Below, one piece after another: positions 17,008 through 26,902 of a stretch of DNA of 59,010 nucleotides. This stretch comes from Bacilli bacterium (lineage in GTDB: Bacteria; Bacillota_I; Bacilli_A; RF39; UBA660): positions 1 to 59,010 of the forward strand of contig JAGHJJ010000012.1 of assembly GCA_017886705.1 (NCBI GenBank). Reading direction: 5' to 3'. The translations under genes and the position numbers were made by a program. The notes below the pieces were generated by a model. It saw only the letters and a program-made list of their open reading frames with translations. It ran no database searches and was not told the DNA's origin. Position 1 is the first letter of the stretch; each line of letters begins with the position of its first letter.

Positions 17008-19853
17008 ATATGAACTTTTGAGCTATCCTCTTTTCTTCCTTGCATACGTTTTAACATACTAAATACGGTACCTTTAGTAACAGGAACATCTAATCTACAC
17101 AACTCACTAGTAGCTTCTTCCAAATCGCTAGCTAGATAGCTAACCGACATTCTTCCCTTAGAATCTAGATACAGATTTCTAGGAGTAAAACGAGACGTTC
17201 TCTCCATAGTAGCAATCTCAACTGCCGAAATAGATTTAAAAAGATCTGGATGAATACACATATATTGATCAATAGTTTTAGATTCTTTATCTTTATGAAT
17301 ACTTAAAGCAAAATCTTTAATAAATATAGGAGAATATCCATATTTTTGATAATGTTCTACCATATCATAAGGAATGTGATTATTATGACAATGAGCCATT
17401 TCTCTAGCAACCAAACTACTAGTTTTAGCCATTGCACCAATAAACTTTCGTCTAATATCTGCAGCCTTATCATCAACTAAAGCACTAGTAGCCTGATCGA
17501 CATGACTACATAACTTACGATAAAATTTAAAATCCTTCATAGATAAATCAAGACTAGAACAAAACTTACCAATAGATATATCATCAGAATCAATAAATTT
17601 CTTCATAATACGAATTGCTTCTTCTCCATACATATCAATATTAGTCTCTAATCTTTCTTGCGATTTCTTTCTATTAGCTTCACTAATTCTCGTTAAAATC
17701 CTCTTATCAATAATCTCTCGTCTTTTCTGATATAGCTCTAAAACCTCAGGATTGCTTTCATTCATATTCTTAAGTATTTCTCGTATTTTAGATGATTGTA
17801 ATCCTAATTTTAAAGAAACATCTTCATAAAATTCCGCCATAGAAGAATAATCACCATTTAAAAATAACATCATCAACAAACCAGCTTCTTTTTCCTGATT
17901 CATGATATTTCTTACTTGCTGATTATACTTATTTTTCTCATCTCTCACAGCAATCTGATTGTTAAGAGTCTGCTCCAACTCTAAAAACTTCTCTGCTTCA
18001 TCAGGCATCTTATAACGAGCAGTAGAAATTAATTGAAACGCTTGTTTTTCACTATACTCTTGTTTTGAAATATAATCTACTAAAGAACTCCCTTCCTTAA
18101 GACATAATTCCATTTTTTTAACTTCTGGTAAAGCAAGAGCATCTAATCGTTTTTTAATAATACTAGAATAAGACATAAAATAGTCTTTTTTCATAGGATA
18201 CTTATCTTTTTCAACAAAAGGATTTCTTAAACCTTTCCAATATTCTAAAATATTATCTTCCGTTAATTCTTTTAATGGCGTTTCGCTAAAATACTTCTCT
18301 ATATTAGTTATAATTCTTTGACTATTTCTTCTTACATTATCACTATTTCCAATAGAATTACTAAAGAAAGTAGGATTATGTTCATCAATCCAATTACACA
18401 ATACTCTAACTTTTTCATAATCTTCTTTTCCTACAAAATCTAACAGAAAATAATCTAGATTGTAGTCAGTAAGAGATGCTAACTTCTCTGCATAAGGATA
18501 AAACCTCTGATAAGTATCCTCAGAATAGACTTCCTCGCGGTGTTTAATTTTCTCCTGGCAAGTAGTAATAGTATCACTAAGTAATGCTTGCCCTGATTTT
18601 GTCTTCATAAGAGGATCAAAATATCCAGCAATTAGATGATAATCCTCCATCGTTAAAAACCTAACATACATAGAAAAATCAAACTCTTTTGTTCCATCAT
18701 ATTTATAAGAGGAAAAATCAATATCTTGACTATTCATAAAAGAACAAAATTTATCAAATTGAAAAGGAAATTGTTGTTTTTCATAACTATAAAATATATC
18801 TCTAACCACGCTTTTTAATGGAAAAGAACCAGAAATATCCTTAGCAACAAATTCATCTAACAAATAAGATAAATCAGCTTTACTAACAACAAGACCTGTC
18901 TCTTCATATTTCTTAATGAAATCTAAAACATCATCAAATTGAAAATTCTCAATAGAATATCCTGGAACCTGATAAAACTTTTTAGAAAATAATGTATGTA
19001 ATAACAGACTAATTTGCTTAAGTTCTTCCTTAGAATATTCTTGTTTTGCAATAGAATCAAAGGTCTCTTTAGCATATAAATATCTGTTAGCGCACTTCTG
19101 CGGAAGCTCTAACTTAAAGAAATGACTATATACCTTCATCGCATCATCAAAAGAAACATCACTACTAACAAAAGGAAAATTAGCATCTTTATAATGAATG
19201 AAAATATCATTTGTTCCCTTGATATTTTTAACAACAGTCATAATCTCTTTCATTTCCATACCTGGAAGATATCTCTCATACAATAAAAAGGAAGAAAGTA
19301 ACTTAATATCATTAAACGTAATTTTATAATTAGAGTCTATAGTAATAGTAGATAATTTATCAAAAATGAAAGAAATATCTAACTTCGAAGTTTTCAAAGC
19401 ATGACTAGTAAAATCATTTTCTAAATACGTTAAATAATTACCATATAATTCTCTAGTTAATGCTTGATATTTATTAGAAGATGAAATCAAATAGGATAAA
19501 ATTGGTAACATCAAAAATTTAGGAACATTAGTAGGAACTTTCTCTAATCTATGTCGAACAGGAAAATCAAGAAGAACAAGATCACCCTTTACCATATCGG
19601 CAGTAATAGTGTCAAAATAACGATACGCTATCGCAAATAATGATGCATCGTCTAACTCTTCTGGACTATACTCTATTAACAAATCATTAATATCAAGGGA
19701 AGTAAATTGTTTCTTATCAAGAATAATCCAAACAGGATTTTTATCCTCTTCAGAAAGGGTATCTAAATATTCTTCTTTATAAGTAAGAATCATCTGTTGT
19801 AACCGATCATTAAGAGAACTATAAAACGCTTTCAAATAAGACTCTTTATTCAT
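16998..19853 (-). CDS. Large hypothetical protein (951 aa), no recognisable domains
   Basis: Uninterrupted 2.86-kb frame in an AT-rich genome with an AGGGGA Shine-Dalgarno before the ATG. I find no signal peptide, transmembrane helix, P-loop or nuclease motif. Confidence 0.75.
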   Translation of the reverse strand: MNKESYLKAFYSSLNDRLQQMILTYKEEYLDTLSEEDKNPVWIILDKKQFTSLDINDLLIEYSPEELDDASLFAIAYRYFDTITADMVKGDLVLLDFPVRHRLEKVPTNVPKFLMLPILSYLISSSNKYQALTRELYGNYLTYLENDFTSHALKTSKLDISFIFDKLSTITIDSNYKITFNDIKLLSSFLLYERYLPGMEMKEIMTVVKNIKGTNDIFIHYKDANFPFVSSDVSFDDAMKVYSHFFKLELPQKCANRYLYAKETFDSIAKQEYSKEELKQISLLLHTLFSKKFYQVPGYSIENFQFDDVLDFIKKYEETGLVVSKADLSYLLDEFVAKDISGSFPLKSVVRDIFYSYEKQQFPFQFDKFCSFMNSQDIDFSSYKYDGTKEFDFSMYVRFLTMEDYHLIAGYFDPLMKTKSGQALLSDTITTCQEKIKHREEVYSEDTYQRFYPYAEKLASLTDYNLDYFLLDFVGKEDYEKVRVLCNWIDEHNPTFFSNSIGNSDNVRRNSQRIITNIEKYFSETPLKELTEDNILEYWKGLRNPFVEKDKYPMKKDYFMSYSSIIKKRLDALALPEVKKMELCLKEGSSLVDYISKQEYSEKQAFQLISTARYKMPDEAEKFLELEQTLNNQIAVRDEKNKYNQQVRNIMNQEKEAGLLMMLFLNGDYSSMAEFYEDVSLKLGLQSSKIREILKNMNESNPEVLELYQKRREIIDKRILTRISEANRKKSQERLETNIDMYGEEAIRIMKKFIDSDDISIGKFCSSLDLSMKDFKFYRKLCSHVDQATSALVDDKAADIRRKFIGAMAKTSSLVAREMAHCHNNHIPYDMVEHYQKYGYSPIFIKDFALSIHKDKESKTIDQYMCIHPDLFKSISAVEIATMERTSRFTPRNLYLDSKGRMSVSYLASDLEEATSELCRLDVPVTKGTVFSMLKRMQGRKEDSSKVHIKK

Positions 19854-19941
19854 CTATACCATCCCCTTCAATAGTGGACATATTATATCATAAATAGGAA
19901 AAAAAGTCAAATACGTGCATATACTAACATAGGAGGTTACT

Positions 19942-20181
19942 ATGTTTGGAGATAACTTTTTTAAACGTGTAGAAAATAAAACCAATATCGATAAAAATAC
20001 TATTTTATCATTAGCTCAGAAAATACAAAATGGCAATATGAAAGATGAAAAAACATTAAGAGACGTAATAAAAGAAATAAGTACTATGACAGGAAAAGAA
20101 GTAACAAAAGAAAAAGAAGATAAAATAATAAATGCCATTATGAAAGATAATGTACCAAAAAATATTGATAAAATGTTCTAA
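19942..20181 (+). CDS. Stage VI sporulation protein F-like (SpoVIF/YjcC family)
   Basis: 79 aa. FFKRVENKTNIDKNTILSLAQKIQNGNMKDEKTLRDVIKEIS...KEKEDKII matches my recollection of the SpoVIF family pattern. AGGAGG Shine-Dalgarno. Confidence 0.55.
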   Translation: MFGDNFFKRVENKTNIDKNTILSLAQKIQNGNMKDEKTLRDVIKEISTMTGKEVTKEKEDKIINAIMKDNVPKNIDKMF

Positions 20182-20203
20182 ATACCATTATGGTATTTTT
20201 CTT
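20182..20203 (+). terminator. Intrinsic terminator after the spoVIF-like gene
   Basis: ATACCA-TTA-TGGTAT followed by TTTTCTT. Confidence 0.55.
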
Positions 20204-20246
20204 ATACTAAAATTATGTTAAAATAAAAATAATAAGAGGTGTAGAT

Positions 20247-21272
20247 ATGTATTGTTTTAGATGTGGTACTAAAGTATCAGAAAATACAAATTATTGTCCT
20301 CATTGTGGCGCAGATGTCTTAGAGGAATTAAAACGTTATAGTTATGGAACAAATGAAAATATACAAAAAGAAGAACCAAAAAGAGTTAATCAAACACATA
20401 ACGACCAGTATTTATATAGCTTAAAGTATAGTTATGGTGATAATGATACACTAATAAGAGCTTATGTAGGAGAAAATTATGAAAAAATAAAGAAAGAGCA
20501 ATTCTCCTTAGCTACCTTCTTTTTAGGGCCATTATATTTTTTCTATAGAAAATTATATTCATTTGGAATTATTTATATCATTTTATCAATATTATTTTTT
20601 CCAATATTTTTCATAGTACACGTTTTTATATCTATTGGATTTAAATATATATATTTTAATACCGTGAAAAAAAGAGTAGAAAAAATAAAACTAGAAAATA
20701 AAAATATGGATAAAGAAACCATACTAAATATTTGCAAAAAAAAGGGTGGTACCAATATTTTTATAGTGATAGCTTTTATAATTATCATGATAATTGTATT
20801 TTGTGTTGCAAATGTATTAATAACAAAAAATATATTAGTGGATAATAACTATGAAGTAGTAACAGAAACAAGTAATTATTCTCTAGAAAAAATCTCTTAC
20901 ACAATACCAGAAGGATTCGAATATTATGATTACGATTTTTTAAAACGTTATAGTCTATTTACTGATAATAATTTCTGTACAATTCGTTTTTCAACAACCA
21001 GCTATATTGATTCTTATCCTACCGAAGAAGATTATATGAAAGAAAACGTATATACAGAGGAAGAGGATATCGTATTTCCAACAGATACGATAACGATAGG
21101 TAATAGAGATTGGAAACATATGAAAGTACAAAGTACATATAATCTAAACAATTTTTATGTATTAAAAACAGAAGATAAAATCTATGAAATAGAAACACAA
21201 GAAGATATTGATGATAGTACTTGCACACCATATTTTGATGAAATACTAGCATCAGTTACTTATAAAGAGTAA
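20247..21272 (+). CDS. Zinc-ribbon membrane protein (341 aa)
   Basis: N-terminal CxxC...CxxC zinc ribbon (YCFRCGTKV...YCPHCGADV), a DUF2628-like stretch (FFLGPLYFFYRKLY), three transmembrane helices and an extracytoplasmic C-terminal domain. Confidence 0.65.
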   Translation: MYCFRCGTKVSENTNYCPHCGADVLEELKRYSYGTNENIQKEEPKRVNQTHNDQYLYSLKYSYGDNDTLIRAYVGENYEKIKKEQFSLATFFLGPLYFFYRKLYSFGIIYIILSILFFPIFFIVHVFISIGFKYIYFNTVKKRVEKIKLENKNMDKETILNICKKKGGTNIFIVIAFIIIMIIVFCVANVLITKNILVDNNYEVVTETSNYSLEKISYTIPEGFEYYDYDFLKRYSLFTDNNFCTIRFSTTSYIDSYPTEEDYMKENVYTEEEDIVFPTDTITIGNRDWKHMKVQSTYNLNNFYVLKTEDKIYEIETQEDIDDSTCTPYFDEILASVTYKE

Positions 21273-21278
21273 GAAAAG

Positions 21279-21302
21279 AGAACAAATCTGTTCTTTTTTT
21301 TT
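21279..21302 (+). terminator. Intrinsic terminator
   Basis: AGAACA-AATC-TGTTCT followed by eight T. Confidence 0.8.
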
Positions 21303-21341
21303 ATCTAACATCATAAAGTTAACTGTATAAGGAGAATGTAT

Positions 21342-22817
21342 ATGGATAAACAAGAAATTATTAAGAATATTGCCAAAAGAAGCGGTGGAGATATTTATCT
21401 AGGTGTCGTAGGTGCAGTAAGAACGGGAAAATCAACTTTTATTAAAAGAATGGTAGAAACATTAATCGTTCCTCATATTGAAGATGAATATGAACGAAAA
21501 AGAGCTCTAGATGAAATTCCTCAAAGTGCCGCTGGAAAAACCATCATGACCACAGAGCCAAAATTTGTTCCCAATAATACCGCAACAATAAAAATTGATG
21601 ACTTCACCTGTAATATTAGAATGATTGACTGTGTAGGATACATGATAGACAAAGCACAAGGAGCAACCGATGAAAACGGTCCTAGAATGGTAAAAACACC
21701 TTGGTATAATGAAGAAATACCATTTATTGAAGCAGCAGAAATCGGTACTGAAAAAGTAATTAAAGACCATTCCACGATTGGTATTGTAATCACTACAGAT
21801 GGATCAATTGGAGACTTTGAACGAGGCGACTATATTGAAGCAGAAACAAGAGTAATAGAAGAATTAAAAAGTATCGGAAAACCATTTATTGTAATATTAA
21901 ACTCAACGCATCCTACTCTACCAGAAACAGTAAGACTAGCCGAATCTCTAAAAGAACAACACCAAGTACCAGTACTACCTATTAGTATTGAAGCAATGAA
22001 TGAAAAAGATATGTATGACATTCTAAGAGAAGCATTATATGAATTCCCTGTATTAGAAGTAAAAGTAAATATGCCAGAATGGATTGCAATATTAAACCCG
22101 GACCATCCAGTAAAAGAAAATTATATAAATGCAATTAGAGAAAGTGTTATAGAAGTAGATAAATTAAAAGATATTGAACATATCACAGAACATTTCTTAA
22201 ATAATGACATGATTGAAAAAGCATATCTATCAGAAGTAGATCCTTCTACTGGTATTATTACCATCACTTTAACAGCTCCTGCTAATCTCTACAACAAAAC
22301 ATTAACTGATATTATAAAAATAGATGTCAAAAACAAAGCAGACCTACTAGCACTATTCCAAGAGTTTAATACAGCAAAAAAAGAATACGACCAAATTAAA
22401 TATGCTTTAAAAATGGTAAAACAAACTGGTTATGGTGTCGCCACTCCTGCAATCGAAGACATGAAATTAGATAATCCCGAAATAGTAAAACAAGGTCCAA
22501 GATACGGAGTAAAACTAAAAGCCGTCGCACCATCTATTCACATGATTAGAGTCGATGTCGAATCTACCTTTGAACCAATCATCGGAAGTGAAATACAAAG
22601 TAAAGAACTAATTGACTACCTAACCAAAGACAAAGACAAAAATCCAAAAGAAATATGGAAAAGTGAAATATTTGGTAGAAGCCTAGATTCCATCGTTCAA
22701 GAAGGAATACAATCTAAAATAAACATGATGCCAGATAACATCAGACTAAAACTACAAACCACCCTAACAAAAGTAGTAAATAAAGGTTCTAATAATTTAA
22801 TTGCTATAGTAATATAA
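21342..22817 (+). CDS. spoIVA: Stage IV sporulation protein A (spore coat morphogenetic ATPase)
   Basis: Characteristic N-terminus IAKRSGGDIYLGVVGAVRTGKSTFIKRM (Walker A) and full-length similarity to SpoIVA. The start is set at the second ATG, 6 nt after GGAGA. Confidence 0.93.
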   Translation: MDKQEIIKNIAKRSGGDIYLGVVGAVRTGKSTFIKRMVETLIVPHIEDEYERKRALDEIPQSAAGKTIMTTEPKFVPNNTATIKIDDFTCNIRMIDCVGYMIDKAQGATDENGPRMVKTPWYNEEIPFIEAAEIGTEKVIKDHSTIGIVITTDGSIGDFERGDYIEAETRVIEELKSIGKPFIVILNSTHPTLPETVRLAESLKEQHQVPVLPISIEAMNEKDMYDILREALYEFPVLEVKVNMPEWIAILNPDHPVKENYINAIRESVIEVDKLKDIEHITEHFLNNDMIEKAYLSEVDPSTGIITITLTAPANLYNKTLTDIIKIDVKNKADLLALFQEFNTAKKEYDQIKYALKMVKQTGYGVATPAIEDMKLDNPEIVKQGPRYGVKLKAVAPSIHMIRVDVESTFEPIIGSEIQSKELIDYLTKDKDKNPKEIWKSEIFGRSLDSIVQEGIQSKINMMPDNIRLKLQTTLTKVVNKGSNNLIAIVI

Positions 22818-22819
22818 AA

Positions 22820-22850
22820 AATCCACAATCTCTGTGGATTATTTTATTTT
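22820..22850. terminator. Bidirectional terminator between spoIVA and the convergent gene
   Basis: AATCCACA-ATCTC-TGTGGATT flanked by an A-run and ATTTTATTTT. Confidence 0.7.
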
Positions 22851-23531
22851 AGACACTAAATCCTGATACTGATTAACTAACTCCTCAGTAGAAAACTGAA
22901 TCTCATCTCCCTCAATTTTCCAATCACTAGAATGACTTCTTAAGAAATATAACACATCTAAACTACCTTCATAAATTTGCGCAATATAAGAAGAACTATC
23001 TAAAAAATCTTCTTTTAAAGAAAACAACTGATTATAAATTCCTTCATGAAACATAGCTTGATTAAATAACTTTTTATAATAAGAAGATAAATTACAATCA
23101 GAAATATAATTACGAACATAAGACTTATCAAAATATAACAGAAGCTGATTCATATCTTGCTGAAAATCAGATTCTCTCTCTTCTATATAAGCTATACTAT
23201 CTAAAAACTCTGGTCCATCCTCCGAATAATTATCAACAGAAAGTAATTTTTCTAATTTAGAATCCTCTCCATAAGAAATAACCTTAGAAGCTTGTTTTGA
23301 AAAAGATTTTAAAAACTTCTCAATATAATCTTCCACCTCTAAATATTGACCAGAAACAGAAGATGTTGGAAAACGATATTTCTCAATATAATTTATCTTA
23401 GTAATCTGGCTAACATCAGTAAACAACTTATCTTCTTGTACTCTACGATTAACAAAAAAGTAACCAAACACTATAACTAAAATTAAAATTATAAAAATGA
23501 AACTATAACATAATTTACGTCTAAACGTCAT
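22839..23531 (-). CDS. Hypothetical membrane-anchored protein (230 aa)
   Basis: Single N-terminal transmembrane helix (CYSFIFIILILVIVFGYFFV) followed by a soluble domain. I recognise no family. Confidence 0.55.
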   Translation of the reverse strand: MTFRRKLCYSFIFIILILVIVFGYFFVNRRVQEDKLFTDVSQITKINYIEKYRFPTSSVSGQYLEVEDYIEKFLKSFSKQASKVISYGEDSKLEKLLSVDNYSEDGPEFLDSIAYIEERESDFQQDMNQLLLYFDKSYVRNYISDCNLSSYYKKLFNQAMFHEGIYNQLFSLKEDFLDSSSYIAQIYEGSLDVLYFLRSHSSDWKIEGDEIQFSTEELVNQYQDLVSKIK

Positions 23532-23584
23532 ATATCAATCACCATGACACACTATTATAAAAGAAAAACCGAAAAAAAGCAAAA

Positions 23585-24034
23585 TTAAATTTTTTGCCAT
23601 TTTTTTCTAACCATATCTAATTCCCTACCATAAACAAAACTACCAAATTCAATAACTGACATAATATCAGAAATATCATCAACATCACAATAGAAATATG
23701 TATAATCAAAATAAACAGATACATCTTTAGGTAAAATAAAATAATCCCTCGTTTTAAAATAAATTTTCTCATCAAGATAGACAACAATTCTAAAATCTAC
23801 AGACTCCCCGTACTCAAATTCTTCCATTTGTAAAATATGAAGAAAAATTCCTATCCTTTGATGTACATAAACTTTTACTTTATAAAAACCATTTAATAAT
23901 AAAAGATTTTGAAATTTAGCCAGTAATTCTTTCACTAACTGAATCAAATTTTCTTTATTAAGCGTAATATCTTTTAAATATGATGCGTTAAAAAACAATA
24001 AAAATTGTCCTAAACTAAGACGTTCTATTTTCAT
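23585..24034 (-). CDS. Hypothetical protein, possibly a short MecA-like adaptor (149 aa)
   Basis: The ATG at 24034 follows GGTGGATAT. The N-terminus MKIERLSLGQFLLFFNASYLKD and the C-terminus YFYCDVDD..IMSVIEFGS loosely resemble MecA-family proteins. This is a weak call. Confidence 0.35.
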   Translation of the reverse strand: MKIERLSLGQFLLFFNASYLKDITLNKENLIQLVKELLAKFQNLLLLNGFYKVKVYVHQRIGIFLHILQMEEFEYGESVDFRIVVYLDEKIYFKTRDYFILPKDVSVYFDYTYFYCDVDDISDIMSVIEFGSFVYGRELDMVRKKWQKI

Positions 24035-24065
24035 ATATCCACCTACTGTAATATATGAAAAAAGT

Positions 24066-24662
24066 CTAAATAACATCACTGCTAATTAGACTTTCAATCT
24101 TTCTCACTACTTCTTTTACTCCTAATTTAGTTACACTAGAGAATACAATTAAATCATCTCCTACAACTAAATCCATAGTATCTAAAATATCTTTTAAATT
24201 ACTTTCTTTCTTACTACCTCCAACTTTATCTGCCTTAGTTGCAACAACAGTTACAGGTAAATTATAATATTTTAAAAAGTTATACATTAATAAATCATCT
24301 TCTGTTGGCTTATGACGAAAATCAATAAGTAAAAATACTCGTTTTAATACTTCTCTTTTTTCTAGGTATTCTTCTATCATCATCCCGAACTTAGATTGAG
24401 TCTTCTTATCAACAGAAGCATAACCATATCCTGGAACATCTATTAAATAGAAACTATCATTAACAGAATAAAAATTTAACGTTTGTGTTTTTCCAGGACG
24501 AGAAGAGGTATAGGCTAAATTTTTTCTAGATAAAATTGCATTAATGAAACTACTCTTTCCAACATTACTACGTCCTACTAATAAGAACTCTGGTTTTCCA
24601 TCTTCAGGATACTGACTTCTCCTTGTTGCAATAATCTCTAAACTAGCATCTTTAATTACCAT
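24066..24662 (-). CDS. engB: Ribosome biogenesis GTPase EngB/YsxC
   Basis: GRSNVGKSSFINA, DVPGYG and TKADK motifs. Confidence 0.93.
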   Translation of the reverse strand: MVIKDASLEIIATRRSQYPEDGKPEFLLVGRSNVGKSSFINAILSRKNLAYTSSRPGKTQTLNFYSVNDSFYLIDVPGYGYASVDKKTQSKFGMMIEEYLEKREVLKRVFLLIDFRHKPTEDDLLMYNFLKYYNLPVTVVATKADKVGGSKKESNLKDILDTMDLVVGDDLIVFSSVTKLGVKEVVRKIESLISSDVI

Positions 24663-25617
24663 CTTCTATCACCTCATTATCTAAATTATAGTTACTTAAA
24701 AGTAAATCTAAATCATTCATTAACCTCATTGCATCATCGAAACTAGCTACTCTAGCACCCGATGCAAACTTATGTCCTCCTCCATGATACTTTTCTGCTA
24801 CTTGATTAATCACTGGTCCTCTAGAGCGAATAGATATTCGAATCTGTTTATTTTTAACATCTTCCGTAATAGTAGCCCAGACTAAAACTTCTTTAATAAA
24901 GTTAAAATCATTAATCATATTACCAGCCGAAGCACTATCAACACCATACTCTTGAATAACATCATTCGTTATTTTTACATATCCTAATCCATTCTCAGTA
25001 ACTACCATATTAGAAGAAATATAACCTTCTAATCGAACTTCACTAAGAGGTCTTAAATAAAGTTTATAATAAGCATTAGAAAGATCAAAAGGATATTTAT
25101 CCAAATAATAAGAAGTCAAAGCAAAAGTCTCAGAATTACAACTATTAAATAAGAATCGATTAGAATCAGATACTAATCCCATGAATAATAATTCAGAAAT
25201 ACTAGAATTAATAAAAAGTTTCGTCTGTAATAAGAACTTCATAATAATCTCGCAAGTAGAAGATGCCTTATCATCAATCAATTCTAAATTGGCAAACTCT
25301 TCTACAAAAGGATGATGATCGATCTTTATAATATAAGAAAATTGAGAGAAATCAACTGAATCAACACGTCTCTTATCAGGAGTATCCGCAACAATTAATA
25401 AAGCATCATGATAATTTTCTAACTTATCTAACTTACCAATATGACTAAACTTAGCACTTCCTGTACCAATAGCAGAAACTTTTTTCTCAGGGAAATTTAA
25501 CTTAATAACATCCCGAAGAGCTAATTGACTACATAAAGCATCTGGATCAACACCAATATGTCTAGCAATCACAATAGTATCATACTGTTTAATTGCCTTT
25601 AATATTTTTTTATACAT
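24652..25617 (-). CDS. nrnA: DHH/DHHA1 phosphoesterase (NrnA-like oligoribonuclease/pAp phosphatase)
   Basis: DHH motifs (HIGVDPDAL, IKIDHHPF) and the DHHA1 motif GGGHKFASG. Confidence 0.85.
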   Translation of the reverse strand: MYKKILKAIKQYDTIVIARHIGVDPDALCSQLALRDVIKLNFPEKKVSAIGTGSAKFSHIGKLDKLENYHDALLIVADTPDKRRVDSVDFSQFSYIIKIDHHPFVEEFANLELIDDKASSTCEIIMKFLLQTKLFINSSISELLFMGLVSDSNRFLFNSCNSETFALTSYYLDKYPFDLSNAYYKLYLRPLSEVRLEGYISSNMVVTENGLGYVKITNDVIQEYGVDSASAGNMINDFNFIKEVLVWATITEDVKNKQIRISIRSRGPVINQVAEKYHGGGHKFASGARVASFDDAMRLMNDLDLLLSNYNLDNEVIEDGN

Positions 25618-25626
25618 AAAATCTTC

Positions 25627-26808
25627 CTATCTATCAATTAAATGTAGTGTATCTCTAGCAATCATTAACTCTTCATCAGTTGGAATAACATAAACTAAAA
25701 CATCAGAATCATCGGTACTAATCTTAACCATTTCTCCACGTTTATTATTAAGCTCAACATCAATCTTAATACCTAAGCAAGCTAACTCTTCACAAATTTG
25801 TCTACGAACAGGAATACTATTTTCTCCAACTCCAGCAGTAAATACAATAATATCAGCACCACCAAGTAATACATAGTATTGAGCAATATAGTCAACTACA
25901 CGACGAACATATTTATCACGAGCAACGATTGCTTTTTCATCCTGTTCATCACAACGTGCTAAAATATCACGCATATCACTACTATACTCACTCATTCCAA
26001 AAAGACCACTACGTTTATTTAAATCATCAATAATCTCACTAGCATTCTTTCCTTCTTGTTCCATAACATAAGGAATAATAGATGGATCAATATCTCCAGA
26101 ACGAGTTCCCATCATAATACCAGCAAGTGGTGTAAATCCCATGGAAGTATCAATACACTTACCATCTTTAATAGCAGTAATAGAACCACCATTACCAATA
26201 TGACAACTAATTAAACGGAACTCATCCTTACCAAGTATTTGCTTAACACACTCAGCAATATAACGATGAGAAGTACCATGAGCACCATATTTACGAACAC
26301 CATAGTCTTCATACCATGAATAAGGAACAGGATATAAATAAGTTGTTTTATCCATAGTCTGATGAAAAGCAGTATCAAATACAGCAACCATTGCTACATT
26401 AGGTAACACTTTTCTAAAAGCTTCAATACCTAACATATTAGCTGGATTATGAAGTGGTGCAAAACCTTTAATAGCTTCAAGCTTCTCCATAACATCATCA
26501 TTAATCAAAACAGACTCTTTAAAAACATCCTTTCCTTGAACAATACGATGTCCTACACCATGAATCTCATCTAAAGATGAAATAATATTTAAATCTGTAA
26601 GCTTATCAAGTAAAATATTAACCGCATCAACATGAGTAGGAAGTTCTACTTCTTGAGTAATCTTCTCACCATTAAATTTAATAGTATAACTACTTCCATC
26701 AATACCAATACGTTCAAATAACCCGCTAGCAATAACAGATTCATCATTCATATCAAATAAACTAAATTTTAAAGAACTACTTCCTGCATTAATAGAAATT
26801 ATTTTCAT
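25627..26808 (-). CDS. ackA: Acetate kinase (paralog 1)
   Basis: MKIISINAGSSSLKF, GHRIV, HGTSH, GTRSGDIDP and PTDEELMIA, the canonical acetate/propionate kinase motifs. Confidence 0.95.
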   Translation of the reverse strand: MKIISINAGSSSLKFSLFDMNDESVIASGLFERIGIDGSSYTIKFNGEKITQEVELPTHVDAVNILLDKLTDLNIISSLDEIHGVGHRIVQGKDVFKESVLINDDVMEKLEAIKGFAPLHNPANMLGIEAFRKVLPNVAMVAVFDTAFHQTMDKTTYLYPVPYSWYEDYGVRKYGAHGTSHRYIAECVKQILGKDEFRLISCHIGNGGSITAIKDGKCIDTSMGFTPLAGIMMGTRSGDIDPSIIPYVMEQEGKNASEIIDDLNKRSGLFGMSEYSSDMRDILARCDEQDEKAIVARDKYVRRVVDYIAQYYVLLGGADIIVFTAGVGENSIPVRRQICEELACLGIKIDVELNNKRGEMVKISTDDSDVLVYVIPTDEELMIARDTLHLIDR

Positions 26809-26902
26809 TAACATCCCTCTTTCTATAACCTATAAACATTATACTACAAAGAAAATAATTTTCAAAGAAAAAATCTCGCCTAGAAAAAGACGAGACATAA
26901 AA

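Noticed and set aside
26815-26902. Possible terminator between the secreted orphan gene and ackA paralog 1 (TCTCG-12 nt-CGAGA plus a T-run)
   Set aside because: The stem is only 5 bp with a 12-nt loop, too weak to report as a feature.
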